A stretch of 64,000 bases of DNA, taken from NCBI GenBank assembly GCA_964016885.1, contig OZ024740.1, positions 184,202,001-184,266,000 of the forward strand, given 5' to 3'. This document shows positions 13,347-26,964 of the stretch, one piece after another; the stretch's first letter is position 1; each line of letters starts with the position of its first letter. The translations under genes were made by a program, and so were the position numbers. The notes beneath the pieces were generated by a model that worked only from the letters and a program-made list of their open reading frames with translations, was not told the DNA's origin and made no database searches. Source of the stretch: Eledone cirrhosa. Its lineage: Eukaryota.

Positions 13347-16300
13347 CTCTTTGAGTCTCAGTCATTGATGTTAGATAACTGGAAAGTTTGTTTAAATGAA
13401 CATCAAGCCACTACGTGCAGCCTCAGATATTCAGGACGTATCGAGGGTTCTTGCTGTTACCAGCAAGCATGCCTTTTGAAGCGTTCCAAAAAGCGTGAAG
13501 GGGCCAATTTTCTTTAACCATCTCTGGAAACGTTTTGAGATAGTCCCTAGTGCGCCTATGACAATCGGGATCACTTTGACTTCATGGCAGTTCCAAATCC
13601 TTTTTACCTCCCACTTTAAGTCCTGGTATCGGTTAATTTTCTCCCTCTCCTTCTCTTGCACACTCGTGTCAAATGGGCGGGCCACACCCACAATCAGGCA
13701 CGATTGTTTTCTTTGTCCACAACCACCAGGTCAGGTTTATTGTGTTCCAGTTTCTTGTCCGTCTGTATCCTAAAATCCCACAGCACCTTCACCTGATCGT
13801 TTTCTATCACCACCTCTGGCTTATGCTCATACCACTTCTCAGAATGTGGTAAATTGTTTACTTTGCATAGGTGCCAGTGGATCACCCTGCCCATCACATC
13901 ATGTCTCGAGCCCTTATAGTGAGTCTGGGCTAGGTGTTTACACTCGGATACAATGTGAGCCACAATCTCCTCTCTCTCTCCACAGATCCTGCACAGTGGG
14001 CTAGCCTCCTCCTTGTAAATATGGTGTTTCAACCACTTCGTTGTGAGGACCTTCTCCTGCGCAGCCATTAACATTCCTTCTGTAGCCTTTTTAAGGTCTC
14101 CTCTTTTCAACCAGTTCCATGTCTGTGGATCTCTAAATTCAGTTTTCTCAAAGAAGATACTATGAAGGGATTTTTCGTGAAGGTTGCTCTTTCTCCTTGA
14201 TGTTATTTCCTCCTTGGACAGCCCCTGGCCTATTGTCCCCTCTTTCAGTACAGTTCTGAGCATTGGCTCCTTACTATCAGTCACGTATTTGTGTAGGTTG
14301 TTTTTCTCCATCTGAACACAGACCTCTATGCTGATAAACCTCTTCCACCTTCAGATCTCCTTAAGTAGAGTCTATCGACATCACTCCTCTTGTGGAACAT
14401 GTAGATAGTCAATAGCTTTCTAGTCTTCCTATCTATTTCTTTTTGTTCAGCAACATTCCATCACAGAATTCCAGCACTGTACCTAATAATAGACACAGCT
14501 CGGGAATGTACTGCACTTATTGCATTCCTTCTGTTCAGATGTGATTTTAATACGCTCCTTACTCTCCGAATGTATTCAGTTCTTATCAATTCCTTCATTT
14601 TTTTGTTCTTGGTGTCATCAGCTCCAGAACGCCCAAATACTTGTATCCTTCTTCAGAGTCAATTTCCTTTATCACCTCACCTGATGGTACCTGGATTCCG
14701 TTACTTCTGCTCAACTTACCCCTCTTCATCACTATGACGCCAGACTTACTAATACCAAATTGCATACATATATCATTGCTGAAAATACGGACAGTGTCAA
14801 CAAGCACATCCAACTCCTTCTCACTTTTCCCGAAGAGCTTAAGATCGTCCATGAAGAGGAGGTGATTGATGGTAAGCCCTCCCTTTCCCAAACTGTATCC
14901 TGCTATCACTTTTCGCCGTACACTCGTCAGGGGCTTCAGGGCAAGGACAAACAACAGAGGGGACAAACTATCACCCTGGAAGATACCTCTCTTGATCTTC
15001 ACGCTTCCCAAGGATTCTCCAGTTGATGTTAACTCTGTTTCCCAGGACTTCATACTTTTGCCCAACAACTGTCTGATGTTATCTGCCACCTTGAATATCT
15101 CCAGGCTTTTGGTGATCCAAGAATGAGGCACCATGTCAAATGCCATTTTGTAGTCTATCCATCCCATGGCAAGACCAGTGTGTCTCCTCTTGCAATTCCT
15201 TATTACCATCTTATCAATAAGTAACTGGTCCTTTGTACCACGTGACTTCTTTTGGCATCCTTTCTGTTCGTCCGGTAACAAGTTGTTTGTGTGGAGGTGA
15301 TGGTAGATTTCCTCAGACATAATGCTTGTCAACAGTTTCCACATTACGGACAGACATGTGATAGGTCTATAGTTGGTAACATCATACCCTTGATTCGGTC
15401 TTTCATTATCAGAACTCTGGTACCTTTTGTCAACCACTCTGGTACCTCATCCGACATCAAGCAGTTATTGAACATCGTTGTCAGTTTAGGGTGGAGGGAT
15501 GTCATATTTTTAATCCAATACCCCTGCACACCATCTGGGTTTGGTGATTTCCAGTAGGTTAGTTTTTTGGCCTGCCCCTTAAGAGTTTCAACTGTGATAC
15601 TCAAATCAGTTTGTTGGTGTGCATGATCACTAATCTCCTTCTGTACTGTCTCAATCCACACTGCCTGGTCATTATGTTTAACATCCTGCTCCCATATTCC
15701 TCTCCAGAATGTTTCAGTTTGTTCTGCCTCACGGATCAAGTCGTTGCCTCTTTCATTCCCCTCAAGCTGTCCAAACAGCATCTTCTGGTTGTTGTCGAAC
15801 ATGCGGTTCTGTTTATACTGACTGACTCTGTTCTCGTATCGCCTGATGTTTGCACTCTTTGCTACAATGCGTTGCTTCAGTTCCTCTATGATAATATTTA
15901 GCTTTTTCCTCCTAGTTTTGTACTTTATTTCCAGTCTATTTTTAGTGTCTATGTTTTTTAATGTCCGATTCAGTAGGGACTCAAGCATTCCAATGTCATT
16001 TCTCATTTCCCTGATTTGACCACTCAGTCGTTTCTTCCACCAAGGCTCTGCTCTTTCTTGTCTGTTGTTTCCTCTCGCTTTTATACCAAGTAGTTTCTCA
16101 CCGTATTTGCTGTTGCTTTGAGGATATTGTTGCACTGGTGAAGGCTCCTCGCCTCAGGGTATGGGATGACTTTGTTTACCTTAGCTGTTGTTTGTTTTAA
16201 CTTTTTCCTGTCTACAAATCTTAGGTTCAAAGGTCTCCCACTATCATTGTTCAATTCATCTCCCACTAAATTTAGGATATCTACTAAATCTTGTCCTAGC

Positions 16301-16708
16301 CCGTAAGCATTCATCTCCTCAGTGGCCGTATCTCTTCTCCAGGTATTATTTATCTCAGCATTCAGATCATTGTCTGCTTCAGGTGGTTCCTCCGTTCTCT
16401 CGACCTCTTCACCTTCATTTACCACTGGCTCGTTTGTTTGGCATACTCCACTCTCCATCTCGAAGCTAATCTCTCTCCTCAGTTCCTCCAGTTCCAGCTC
16501 GCTTATCCACCCATTAGTAGTTATTACCCGAGCCTGCCCGGCCAATTTTTGTTCATCTAATTTAAATAGACCAATCTCGTTCCAGTTGTTATGCATCCGT
16601 TTCCTATAGCCTTTCTCCTTGGGGTTACTCTTCAGGTAACATTGCATAACAGTTCTATTCAATTCTTTCGTCCAGTTGGTTCTGATCCCTCTCCTTCTTC
16701 TTCTTCTT
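13347..16708 (-). mobile_element. Decayed R4/Dong-clade RLE LINE, same family as 59988-63380, slightly 5'-truncated
   Basis: ORFs 16081-16662, 15344-16135, 14595-15437, 13694-14311 and 13431-13691 align collinearly with the intact 1130-aa ORF ([32 protein letters not shown]). (TTA)n lies on both flanks. Confidence 0.96.
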
Positions 16709-16709
16709 A

Positions 16710-17190
<481 letters not shown>

Positions 17191-17275
17191 ATATATATAT
17201 ATATATATATATGTATACTGTAGTAAAACTTTGGTAGAAATATCCAAGGGTATGTGCATTCATACCGTAGGATGA

Positions 17276-17450
17276 GTAAGTATATTATTAGTTACAACAG
17301 AGACATATAGACATATGCATGTACTTAAGTTTCATTGGGTTATGCAACCTAACTCATTCAGCCGATTTTAACAGTGTGAATGAGTTGGATTGCATAACGC
17401 AACGAAACTAATGTACCAACATCACTGTTGTAGCTAATTATATTTATATA
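17276..17450. repeat. Imperfect palindrome of two back-to-back hammerhead-like motifs
   Basis: The + arm reads AACAGTG-TGAATGA-GTTGGATT(GCAT)AACGCAAC-GAAAC-TAAT-GTA...CACTGTT. The - arm reads CTGAATGA-GTTAGGTT(GCAT)AACCCAAT-GAAAC-TTAA-GTA. Confidence 0.55.
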
Positions 17451-17942
17451 TATAATATACTTCAATTGACTTCAAGCATTCGACGCCATACTACTTCTTT
17501 AAAATAAGGATGACGGAGTATATATATAAAGGGGAATATGCGAAGTTGTAGATGTTCGCGTCTTTTATTAATTCAGCCGTTATACATATGTCCATGACAT
17601 ATTTCAAAAATTTAGTAAAAGGTACCGTTTCCGAGGCAATTATGAGTGGAAAGAACCAAACTGAAATAGTGTATGCTTTTGCTTTGGTTGTCCGCTCTCT
17701 TCATATAAACACACACACACACATACACACACACATATATATATATATATAGAGAGAGATATATATATAATGGAAAATGAAGAAATTCCTTTGGTACAGT
17801 AGGTCGTATTTGAAAAAAAGAGACGAATGATTTCAATGGCGGTTGATGTTCTTTAAAAGTACAGATCTTTACAGTAAGTCATTAAAAAATGTGAACTGTT
17901 AAAGAACACTGACCAAGAGTGAAGTCAGTCTTCTCTTGTTTC

Positions 17943-17975
<33 letters not shown>

Positions 17976-18584
17976 TATAACAAAGATGCTGTGGTAAGAT
18001 ACCAGCACATTTTTACAGGCAGGTTGAATATGTAAACAGTTTAAAATTCTATTACAAGAAGAAGAAAAAAAAGAAGAAGTAGAAGAAGAATATATTGTTG
18101 GGTCCGAGTATATCTGCCACAATCGATGATTGCAATAGCCATTGCTGACGTGAAAACAAATAAGATAAACGTAACAAACTTGGTCCATGATAACATCATA
18201 GCCACAATCATCTGCAATATGGCTGTCCAAACTGTCAAAACGTCAAAACGTCAAGATATAATTATCACGTGCTGGAGAGAAAGTGCATGTACGCTTATAT
18301 ACAATTCAATACCTTCCAACCACGCATTGTCGCGAAGGAGATACAGAAATTGTCAAAGTAAAATTATTATGTCATTGAAATTACCAGGATTTGGATATGA
18401 AATAAAAACAGTTTCAATGATTGCCGTATTATCTATGGTACAAAATATCGCGAAGGTAATCCGAAAATAAAACATGCTTGGCTCACAATACTATTCATAA
18501 TGCAAAGTAGAGCCCTGCTAGACATAGCTTCCTTTCTACGCAATATTGTTTTCCATTTCTATTATATATATAATAGAAATGGAA

Positions 18585-18622
<38 letters not shown>

Positions 18623-18686
18623 AAATTTGCTTTACATGGCTGAATACAATACAAAATGTTATCTGAGTTTTTCGAATATTAATAAT

Positions 18687-18880
18687 TGTTTCTACGTTAG
18701 GCACAAGGCCAGCAATTACCTAGTGCATTACTGGTACTTTATTTTATCGACCCCGTAAGGATGAAAGGCAAAGTTAAACTTGGCGGGATTTGAACTCAGA
18801 ATGGCAAGGGCCGTAACTGTATACGTCAAAGCATGGCGTCCGACCCTCTACCAATACTGCCAATCCACCGCTCCTTTTCA
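18687..18880 (-). mobile_element. Full-length tRNA-derived SINE with 12-bp target-site duplication
   Basis: AATATTAATAAT lies at 18675-18686 and 18881-18892. An empty paralogous site is present at about 26720. Confidence 0.88.
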
Positions 18881-19530
18881 AATATTAATAATAACATTCG
18901 ATTCGTTTGCAATTATGCAAACAAGCCTCAATTTTATAGCCATGTCAGTAGAATGAACACTTCATTCTTGCTCTTAAGTTGGCATGCGAACAGAACTGCA
19001 AGTCTCGGAAACATGTGTGATAATAACATTTTACCAATGTGAATATCACTAAATAAGAATGTAGTCTATTTAAATTTAAGATTTGTAGGTTTTTGAAAAA
19101 TCAAGATAGGACTTAAAATCTTTGTTTAAAAGTTAACTAGAAGGTTCAACTCCCGTCTTTGTGATTTTAATCAAATACATTATGAGACGGCGCATAAATA
19201 TTTATGGGTTGTTGTATAGTGTTTTTAAATTTAAGTACAATTATATGTATGGTATCGATTTGAATGTAAGATGCCAAGATAAATATTGGGTGCTTAAATG
19301 AAATGTATTAAATTAAATTAAAATAAAATAAATTACAGTAATAAATATAGTTGAATGGTTTAATGGATTATATGCTTGATCGCGGATCTGATAATCCATA
19401 AGAGAATCCATAATAAATATTTACTTATCATAGAGGTTTGAAGTCACTAATTTACATACATGTGGAATTGATATGCACACATATCATATAGTACTGTACA
19501 CACACACACGTACTGTACACACGAACACAC

Positions 19531-19670
<140 letters not shown>

Positions 19671-20322
19671 AATACGTGTGTGTGTGTACAGTACTATATG
19701 ATATGTATATATATATATATCCATATATATATATAAAGAGAAAGTGAGAGAGGGAGAGAGTGTGTTTGTGTGAAAGAGAGAAAGGGTGGAGAGCAGGAGA
19801 GAGAGTATGTGCTGCTGCGAACGGGGTGATCACAAGTCAAGGAAGTACTATATGCATGGGAAGAAGCAGTGTGAGTATTGAGGAAGGTAAAAACCGGCCG
19901 CAACAACTTATTCAAGTATCTCCGGAGAGGCTTGTATTCTCTCAGTCTCTCTCTCTCTCCTCATCTCTCTCTCTCTACATATAAACTTCAACGCCCCTGT
20001 TGGCATGCCGTTATGTGTGGGTGGTTTCTCCAAACATTCGTCCATTTAATTTCTATAATAACTGTGTTTATTTGTATGTATAAACCTTCTGGCTTAAGAC
20101 AGATTTTAGACTTACGGCCTGCCCGCCCAGCCAGTGGGATGGCGTCATCGTATGGCTAAAACAGCACGTGCTGTGACCAGCGGCGCCGAGTGGCGCCCGA
20201 CAGACTGGCCGGTCAAAGTGATATTATTGAAATATATATATTACATGTCGAGCTCCTTAATAGAAACGTACATGAATATCATTTCAGAATAATAGTATCT
20301 CTGACGATACCTAAACATTTGT

Positions 20323-20377
<55 letters not shown>

Positions 20378-20419
20378 GAGGGTGTTAAAGTTTGCTTGAA
20401 GCATTGTGAAATGTGTAAA

Positions 20420-20817
20420 ATATGTAGTTTAGAAAGCCACAACAATGCAGATGGGAAATCTCGAGGTAAGAAGTGAGTGAGAAATAGGAGAAAAGTGAAA
20501 ATGAAAATGAAAACAAAACAAAGGTAGAAGGGTTACCGTAGTGGAGATTTAATCCCAATATTTCGGGCTCACGCCCATCAGGGGGGGGGGGGGGCGACAC
20601 TACAACTTTCTCCGGCTTAGCCTGTTCCCCCCCCCCCTTTTGAAACATTCCCCCGTTGATGGGCGTGAGCCCGAAATATTGGGATTAAATCTCCACTACG
20701 GTAACCCTTCTACCTTTGTTTTGTTTTCATTTTCATTTTCACTTTTCTCCTATTTCTCACTCACTTCTTACCTCGAGATTTCCCATCTGCATTGTTGTGG
20801 CTTTCTAAACTACATAT
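20420..20817. repeat. Perfect ~160-bp inverted repeat (20420-20580 / 20657-20817) with a hammerhead-like relic at the inner ends
   Basis: The arms are exact reverse complements. The inner motif is (C)TGATG-GGC(GTGA)GCC-CGAAATATT-GGG. (TA)n lies outside. Confidence 0.85.
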
Positions 20818-21416
20818 ATATATATGTTTATAGCTTGATTATATGCTGAACCACCGCGAATTATACGATAGACAAGTGTTCTCTATATATATTGCGTCTC
20901 ATGGATTATGTGATTGGTGGTGTGAGCGAAGACAGTGGTACGGCTTTGCCTACGATACAATAAGGTTTATAGTATGTGGAAAGTTTTTGATATTTTGGTG
21001 TTTCCCTGCATCCGAGACTGTATATCATACAGATGTTTGAGAATAAATGACTTAATAATCCAGCCCACATAATAAGATCGATTGCCTGCTTCAACTGCCT
21101 GACCCTGCAAATATCATTCTGACGCACTCTAATCATGTATAAATAAGACACGCGTGCATGCTACACGTGAGACTGTTTCATACACTGACTACTCTAAACT
21201 TTCCTCTTGCTTTATCTTCATAGACTGCCAACGCTTCATGTTTATCTTTATTTTCATTCTTGTTTTTATTTTATTTTTATCCTGTAACTTTTATATGTAA
21301 ATTGCCATCCTATATCATTTGATGAATGTCACCCCACTGTTGATCAATATGCGCATATGTTTTATGTGTCTCTTGGGTTGAAAAGGAGGTCAAGTATGTT
21401 ATAGATCAGTAAATAG

Positions 21417-21465
21417 TTGCTCCGAAGAATCCAAACCTCGGTTTGGAGGAAACAATTGTAAGCAA
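21417..21465 (+). ncRNA. Type I hammerhead ribozyme, variant core
   Basis: TTGCT-CCGAAGA-ATCCAAAC(CTCG)GTTTGGAG-GAAAC-AATT-GTA-AGCAA: U4C core change and palindromic loop III, followed by AATAAA and (CT)n(TA)n. Confidence 0.65.
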
Positions 21466-21496
21466 ATAAATGACTTAAACTGAACTTTGATTATTG

Positions 21497-21611
<115 letters not shown>

Positions 21612-21741
21612 ACGAATGTTTAAGTATCGTCAGATACTATTATTCTGAAATGATATCCAATATATATATATTTTTTAAACTTGCTCTGTCTACATACACA
21701 TTATGCATGTGTGCATGCGCATGCGTGTGTTTGTGTATGCA

Positions 21742-21782
<41 letters not shown>

Positions 21783-22937
21783 TGTTATACTTTGGGAGCG
21801 TCATGCTGCCAATAAAAACACAAGCACCTGTTGGTTTTCATTTCAATCAATTATAAATTTCGGTTGGCTTGTTGTTTGGTTGGTTCGATAACCGGATGAC
21901 TGTTTATATAAACAATATATAAGCAACCATCCGCTATTTTGACAATTTGGCTGGTGGTAACTGTACTTAAAATCGATTGTCATGGTAGCTCTAAAGATAG
22001 CGATTTTTAGACACACCGGACCAATGAAGCATTTGTTAATGCTTGGAATATACTCTAATGTATACCTAATCCGTGTTATCCCTCTCTCCTTTATTACTCC
22101 AGGAACCCCTTACCTAGGAACTGTCTGGAATCGGCCACCCGAACACCACAAGTAAACATCTTGTCGAGTCAAACATCGCCACGGCACCGATTATTCATAA
22201 CCTCTAGTTGCATTACCTCAAACGATACCTCGTTTACTTATATGTTTTATACAAACACACAAACACACAAACACATATATATGTATGTATATTGTCGTTG
22301 ATTTACGACGTGGTATTAATAACATATTTGTGCGTGTGCATGTGAGTTTATGTACTCTCGAATTAATTGTGCAGAAAATCAAGGTATCACGTTGCTTCAT
22401 TGTTCGATCAATAACCATAGAGAAAAAAAAAGGGAAGCACCAACATATGAGTTCAAGAAAAGGCGTGTTCTCTCATTCAAAAGGTTATCATAGCATGTTG
22501 CAGCAATAATGTACCAGTTAAATATGTAAGCTTTTGTGATTTTTTTCTTCGGAAATATGTATTCAAGGTTTTCTTATTTCATTTTTTATCTTAACAACTT
22601 CACACATTCACGTTGTTTATTATGGAAAAATATGTTTTCTCTTTTTCGACCGTACTTTCTCTGCCATCGTTTTCTCTATAATCTACAGCTTTAACGTAAT
22701 AACGAATCGACCCCCCCCCCTCTCTCTTGACGTTCAACCGTTCTTCTGTTTCAATGAAAGTATGTTTATTTTTCCAGACCTTTCATTATGCTACGTCCCT
22801 CTTTTTTCCGAAAATGTATCTAGTATTCAGTCCTCTTTGATCCCTGCAGTTAGCGTTAATTTAACTCATTCTATATGCATTAGGATTATCAATCACACGC
22901 ACAAATTCACGCACACAAATATACACGAGCACACGTA

Positions 22938-22984
<47 letters not shown>

Positions 22985-22985
22985 G

Positions 22986-23033
<48 letters not shown>

Positions 23034-23052
23034 CACACGTAATACACACATC

Positions 23053-23093
<41 letters not shown>

Positions 23094-23204
23094 TACGTGT
23101 GCTCGTGTGTATTTGTGTGCGAATTATTCGAACATATTCAATACATTATTTCATAGACCTCTAACACTTCATCATCAATATTGCTGATATATATATACAT
23201 ACAG

Positions 23205-23265
<61 letters not shown>

Positions 23266-23272
23266 CACACAC

Positions 23273-23343
<71 letters not shown>

Positions 23344-24299
23344 GATGTGTGCGTATAACATTTTAGTATGAATCGAAGTTGTAGCTGCCATATAGCAGGT
23401 ACTAATCGAGTTCTATGTGTGTATGCATGTATGTATGTATTTATGTATGCAAGTGTGTGTGTGTGCGTGCGTGCGTGTATGTGTGTATGTATGTGTCTAA
23501 ATACAACCGGTAATTGACTTAACTTAGATTTACATAAAACAAAGCTCACTACGTATCCAACCAACTGTGTAACCATACACCTACAATAGACTGAAGCAAA
23601 ACCTAAACACCATACATTCTTCTAACTATGTCCCCACCTCCCAGCAAACTAAAAGCCGATACACACCTGCAGTCAACTAGCAGAATCCGAACTGAACAAT
23701 GTCATTTTACCAATCAACAAACACAAAAAAGAAAATACACCATAAGTCCAGTCAATATATAGCCAACTGAATACGACTACAAACATTACGAAACAACTGT
23801 TCTTGAACAAAATGAAATAGTAAATCAGATAGTTAGAAACAAATAAAATGTGCCATGTTACAAAATAAATAAAACAGGCTAACCAGAACGTCCTTCCCAG
23901 AAGTGGCCGAAGTCAGGGCTACTAAACTTGATAGCTTCTCTCCTTGACATATGTGTATCGGTCTGCCATCAATCGATGTCAAGTCATTCTATCGTGCCAA
24001 GCCATAATAGCAGAGGCCTTCATCAGGCATTATACACATGACATCACCCACGTATGCAGATATGTCGAACACAGCCCAACCTAAACTATTCCCTGGACAT
24101 TCAGACACAGATGAACCACCAAAGACGCCAAGTATCTATGACCATGACTGATTGACAATGCTAATAGTTTAAACAAATATAATTAAACGTTTTGTGGAAA
24201 ACCTGAAAACTATAAAACTACCATCAATCGTCAACGATGTCTAACTATTTGTTTCTTACCCGCAAGCCTGAAATAGTACCGAACCATCATAAATATTCC

Positions 24300-25260
24300 C
24301 TTCCATGTCAATACTACAAAAATAGCACCGTATCAATAATTTTCAATCAAATCCTTGTCTAACCATATGCGTTAATAATCTCTTATCCTCCGCTTTTAAA
24401 ATTTAACCTGGTTACTTATTTTACAATACTTTAGTATTTGACCAGAATGCACGCTATAACCTATTAATATGGTTATGCAACTAGGGGCGAAGCACATCAA
24501 TGCTACCTTAAAAGGTTCCATTTCTTCTATCTATATTGACGTCTGAATAATTACATTTATTTGCATAGCAAAACATTTCCGTTCCCCTTCCACTCTATCC
24601 ATGGAACTTGTATGCAGGAAACATTTAAATTAGCCATATTTCGGTAGACACATTTCATATATGCACCTCCAGCACACACCCAACTGTTTAATCAAGCATA
24701 TCCTCCCTAGATTCTTCAACCCTACTCAAATGACGAACTTCCATGAAGATAAATATAAACCCACTAAGTGCAAACTGCAGTTCCTGCGTATTGATACACC
24801 ACAATCCTGCTTGGACAAACTACGCCCAAACGTAATATGTAATATTAACGAGGAATCCGACTGCCTGTTTGAGCTTAACTTTTATCCAGCAAGTGACCCA
24901 TAATGTCTTATTCTCGACATAGAACACTTTCCATTCCTGTGTGAATCATACCTATATTTCTGTTCGAAAACCAGGTGGATATTTTTTTTCTGGTGCCACC
25001 AAATCTGCATGAACATTGATAACTCCAATCCGTTTAAACAGAATTCATTTGCATTGAACTTTAACGCCAATAAGTGCAATATTATAACGGTTAATATCTG
25101 TCTTTTCCTGTAAGGCTGTAAATAGCAATTGTTTATGAAGCAATAGACAATGATAATCTCTCTGAAACATATTACTCTCTACTCAAATCCTTTCAAATTT
25201 AGATATTGCCAACGTATTCTTACGTTCCCTCACTAGAATAAACGTAATGATATTTCCCAA
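24300..25260 (-). pseudogene. Highly decayed Penelope-like reverse transcriptase
   Basis: My minus-strand translation across frameshifts reads FLVNITY/ITFGRSLSKQDCGVSIRRNCSLHLVGLYLSSW...CWRCIYEM...CNYSDVNI. It resembles the PLE RT motifs Q..G.PMG.NC.P.LA.LYL, RYIDD and YLD. Confidence 0.55.
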
Positions 25261-25321
25261 TCCAAATGTATACAGGGATAATTGAAATCAAAATTATTTA
25301 TTGCAATTTAAAAGGAAATAA

Positions 25322-25478
25322 TTGTTTCTACTTTTGGCACAAGGCCACCAATTATCCTGTGTATTACTGGTACTTTATTTTATCGACCCCGTAAGGATGA
25401 AAGGCAAAGTTATCCTTGGCGGGATTTGAACTCAGAATGGCGTCCGACCCTCTACCGATACTGCCAATCCACCGCCGT
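25322..25478 (-). mobile_element. tRNA-derived SINE, internally deleted
   Basis: GGCACAAGGCC...TACTGGTACTTTATTTTATCGACCCCGTAAGGATGAAAGGCAAAG...GGATTTGAACTCAGAA. Confidence 0.85.
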
Positions 25479-25567
25479 TTTAAAAGGAAATAATATTTCT
25501 CTATCATATTTATACCAGCAATAATTGTTTCTACAATTGGTACAACTGAAGGTAAAAGAAAAGTCTG

Positions 25568-26377
25568 GATTTTACCAACCTTCCAGGGGTTCGGGTAAAT
25601 TTTCAATACCCGAATTACTTGATCGTTTTTTTGGCTATGCGAATGATTGTTTAACCATCGTCTCAGTGTGTTTAGCCTTTAACATTTGTTATAGCTCTGG
25701 TTCATCTGAAACATCGAGCACTTGCCTCACATCTCGGAGGTTGTTTTTCGTTATTTCGTGGGCCGAAATGCGAATCTCGATAATTTATGTTTGTATTTAT
25801 CTCCAGACTCTAGCTATTGACCAGTTAATTTTCTTGATTTTTTAGTTGATTCTATTGACTGATGAATAGCTTATGTTAATTTTAACCCTTCTGTTGAGAA
25901 CTCTATTCGATTTGTGATGTTTTTGCATTCTTGCAAAAATATACACAACTGAATTTATTCGCCTGATATAGGGGCTGCCTCCCTTGCCGATCCCCACGTG
26001 GAGTCAGCAATAGTCAGTCCTTGTATTAACATTGAACTAAAACCTGTTGAGAAAGTGGCTTCCTTGTTCAATCATCTTGCCAGAAGCCTGACATTATTTA
26101 TGTAAGCGGACGGTACTTGATTTAGGAGTCGCAGAAACCCAAATACAGGATTTTACCAACCTTCCAGGGGTCCGGGTAAATCTTCAATACCCGAATTACT
26201 TGATAGTTTTTTTGGTTGTGCGAATGATTGTTTAACGATTGTCTCTGTGTCTTTGGCCTTTAACGTTTGTTATAGCTCTGGTTCATCTGAATCATCGAGC
26301 ACTTGCCGCACATCTCGGAGGATGTTTTTCGTTATTTCGGGGGCCGAAGTGCGAATCTCAATAATTTATGTTTGTAT
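25568..26377 (+). repeat. ~230-bp direct repeat pair (25568-25797 and 26148-26377)
   Basis: Both copies run GGATTTTACCAACCTTCCAGGGG...ATAATTTATGTTTGTAT, 580 bp apart. Confidence 0.85.
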
Positions 26378-26583
26378 ATATATATATATATATATAGGAT
26401 TAACATTAAGAAAGATGGTGTATTTACATTAAAATTTTATATATTATAATTATTTCAATGTTAACCCGTATGCATTCAAGATGTTGTAGTTGCATTTGTT
26501 GGTGGTATGGGTGCGATTCCATCAGATGAATTTACGTGTAGGTGATACGCTGCAGTTAAAGCATGTTCGTCGTCTTGTGTGCC

Positions 26584-26647
<64 letters not shown>

Positions 26648-26964
26648 TGTGTGTGTGTACAAAAAAGAAAATATTCGCTCTACATGGCTGAATACAATAA
26701 ATGTAATCTGGGTTTCTCGAATATTAATAATAACATTCGATTCGTTTGCAATTATGCAAACAAGCCTCAATTTTATAGCCATGTCAGTAGAATGAACCAT
26801 TCATTCTTGCTCTTGTGTTGGCATGTGAACAGAACTGCAGACACTAATGTTTCTGAGTATCACCCCGCATCAGTACGGCTCACTGCCAAACTGTCAGAGC
26901 TAGTGAAAATATATGCTATTTTCAAAAATACACAGTGACTGATCAGCCGGATTTGCTTATTAGC

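Noticed and set aside
23985-24032. CTGATGA-AGGCC...GGCTT on the minus strand downstream of the PLE RT relic
   Set aside because: There is no GAAA or stem III after the stem. It is at most a heavily decayed ribozyme, so it was not called.
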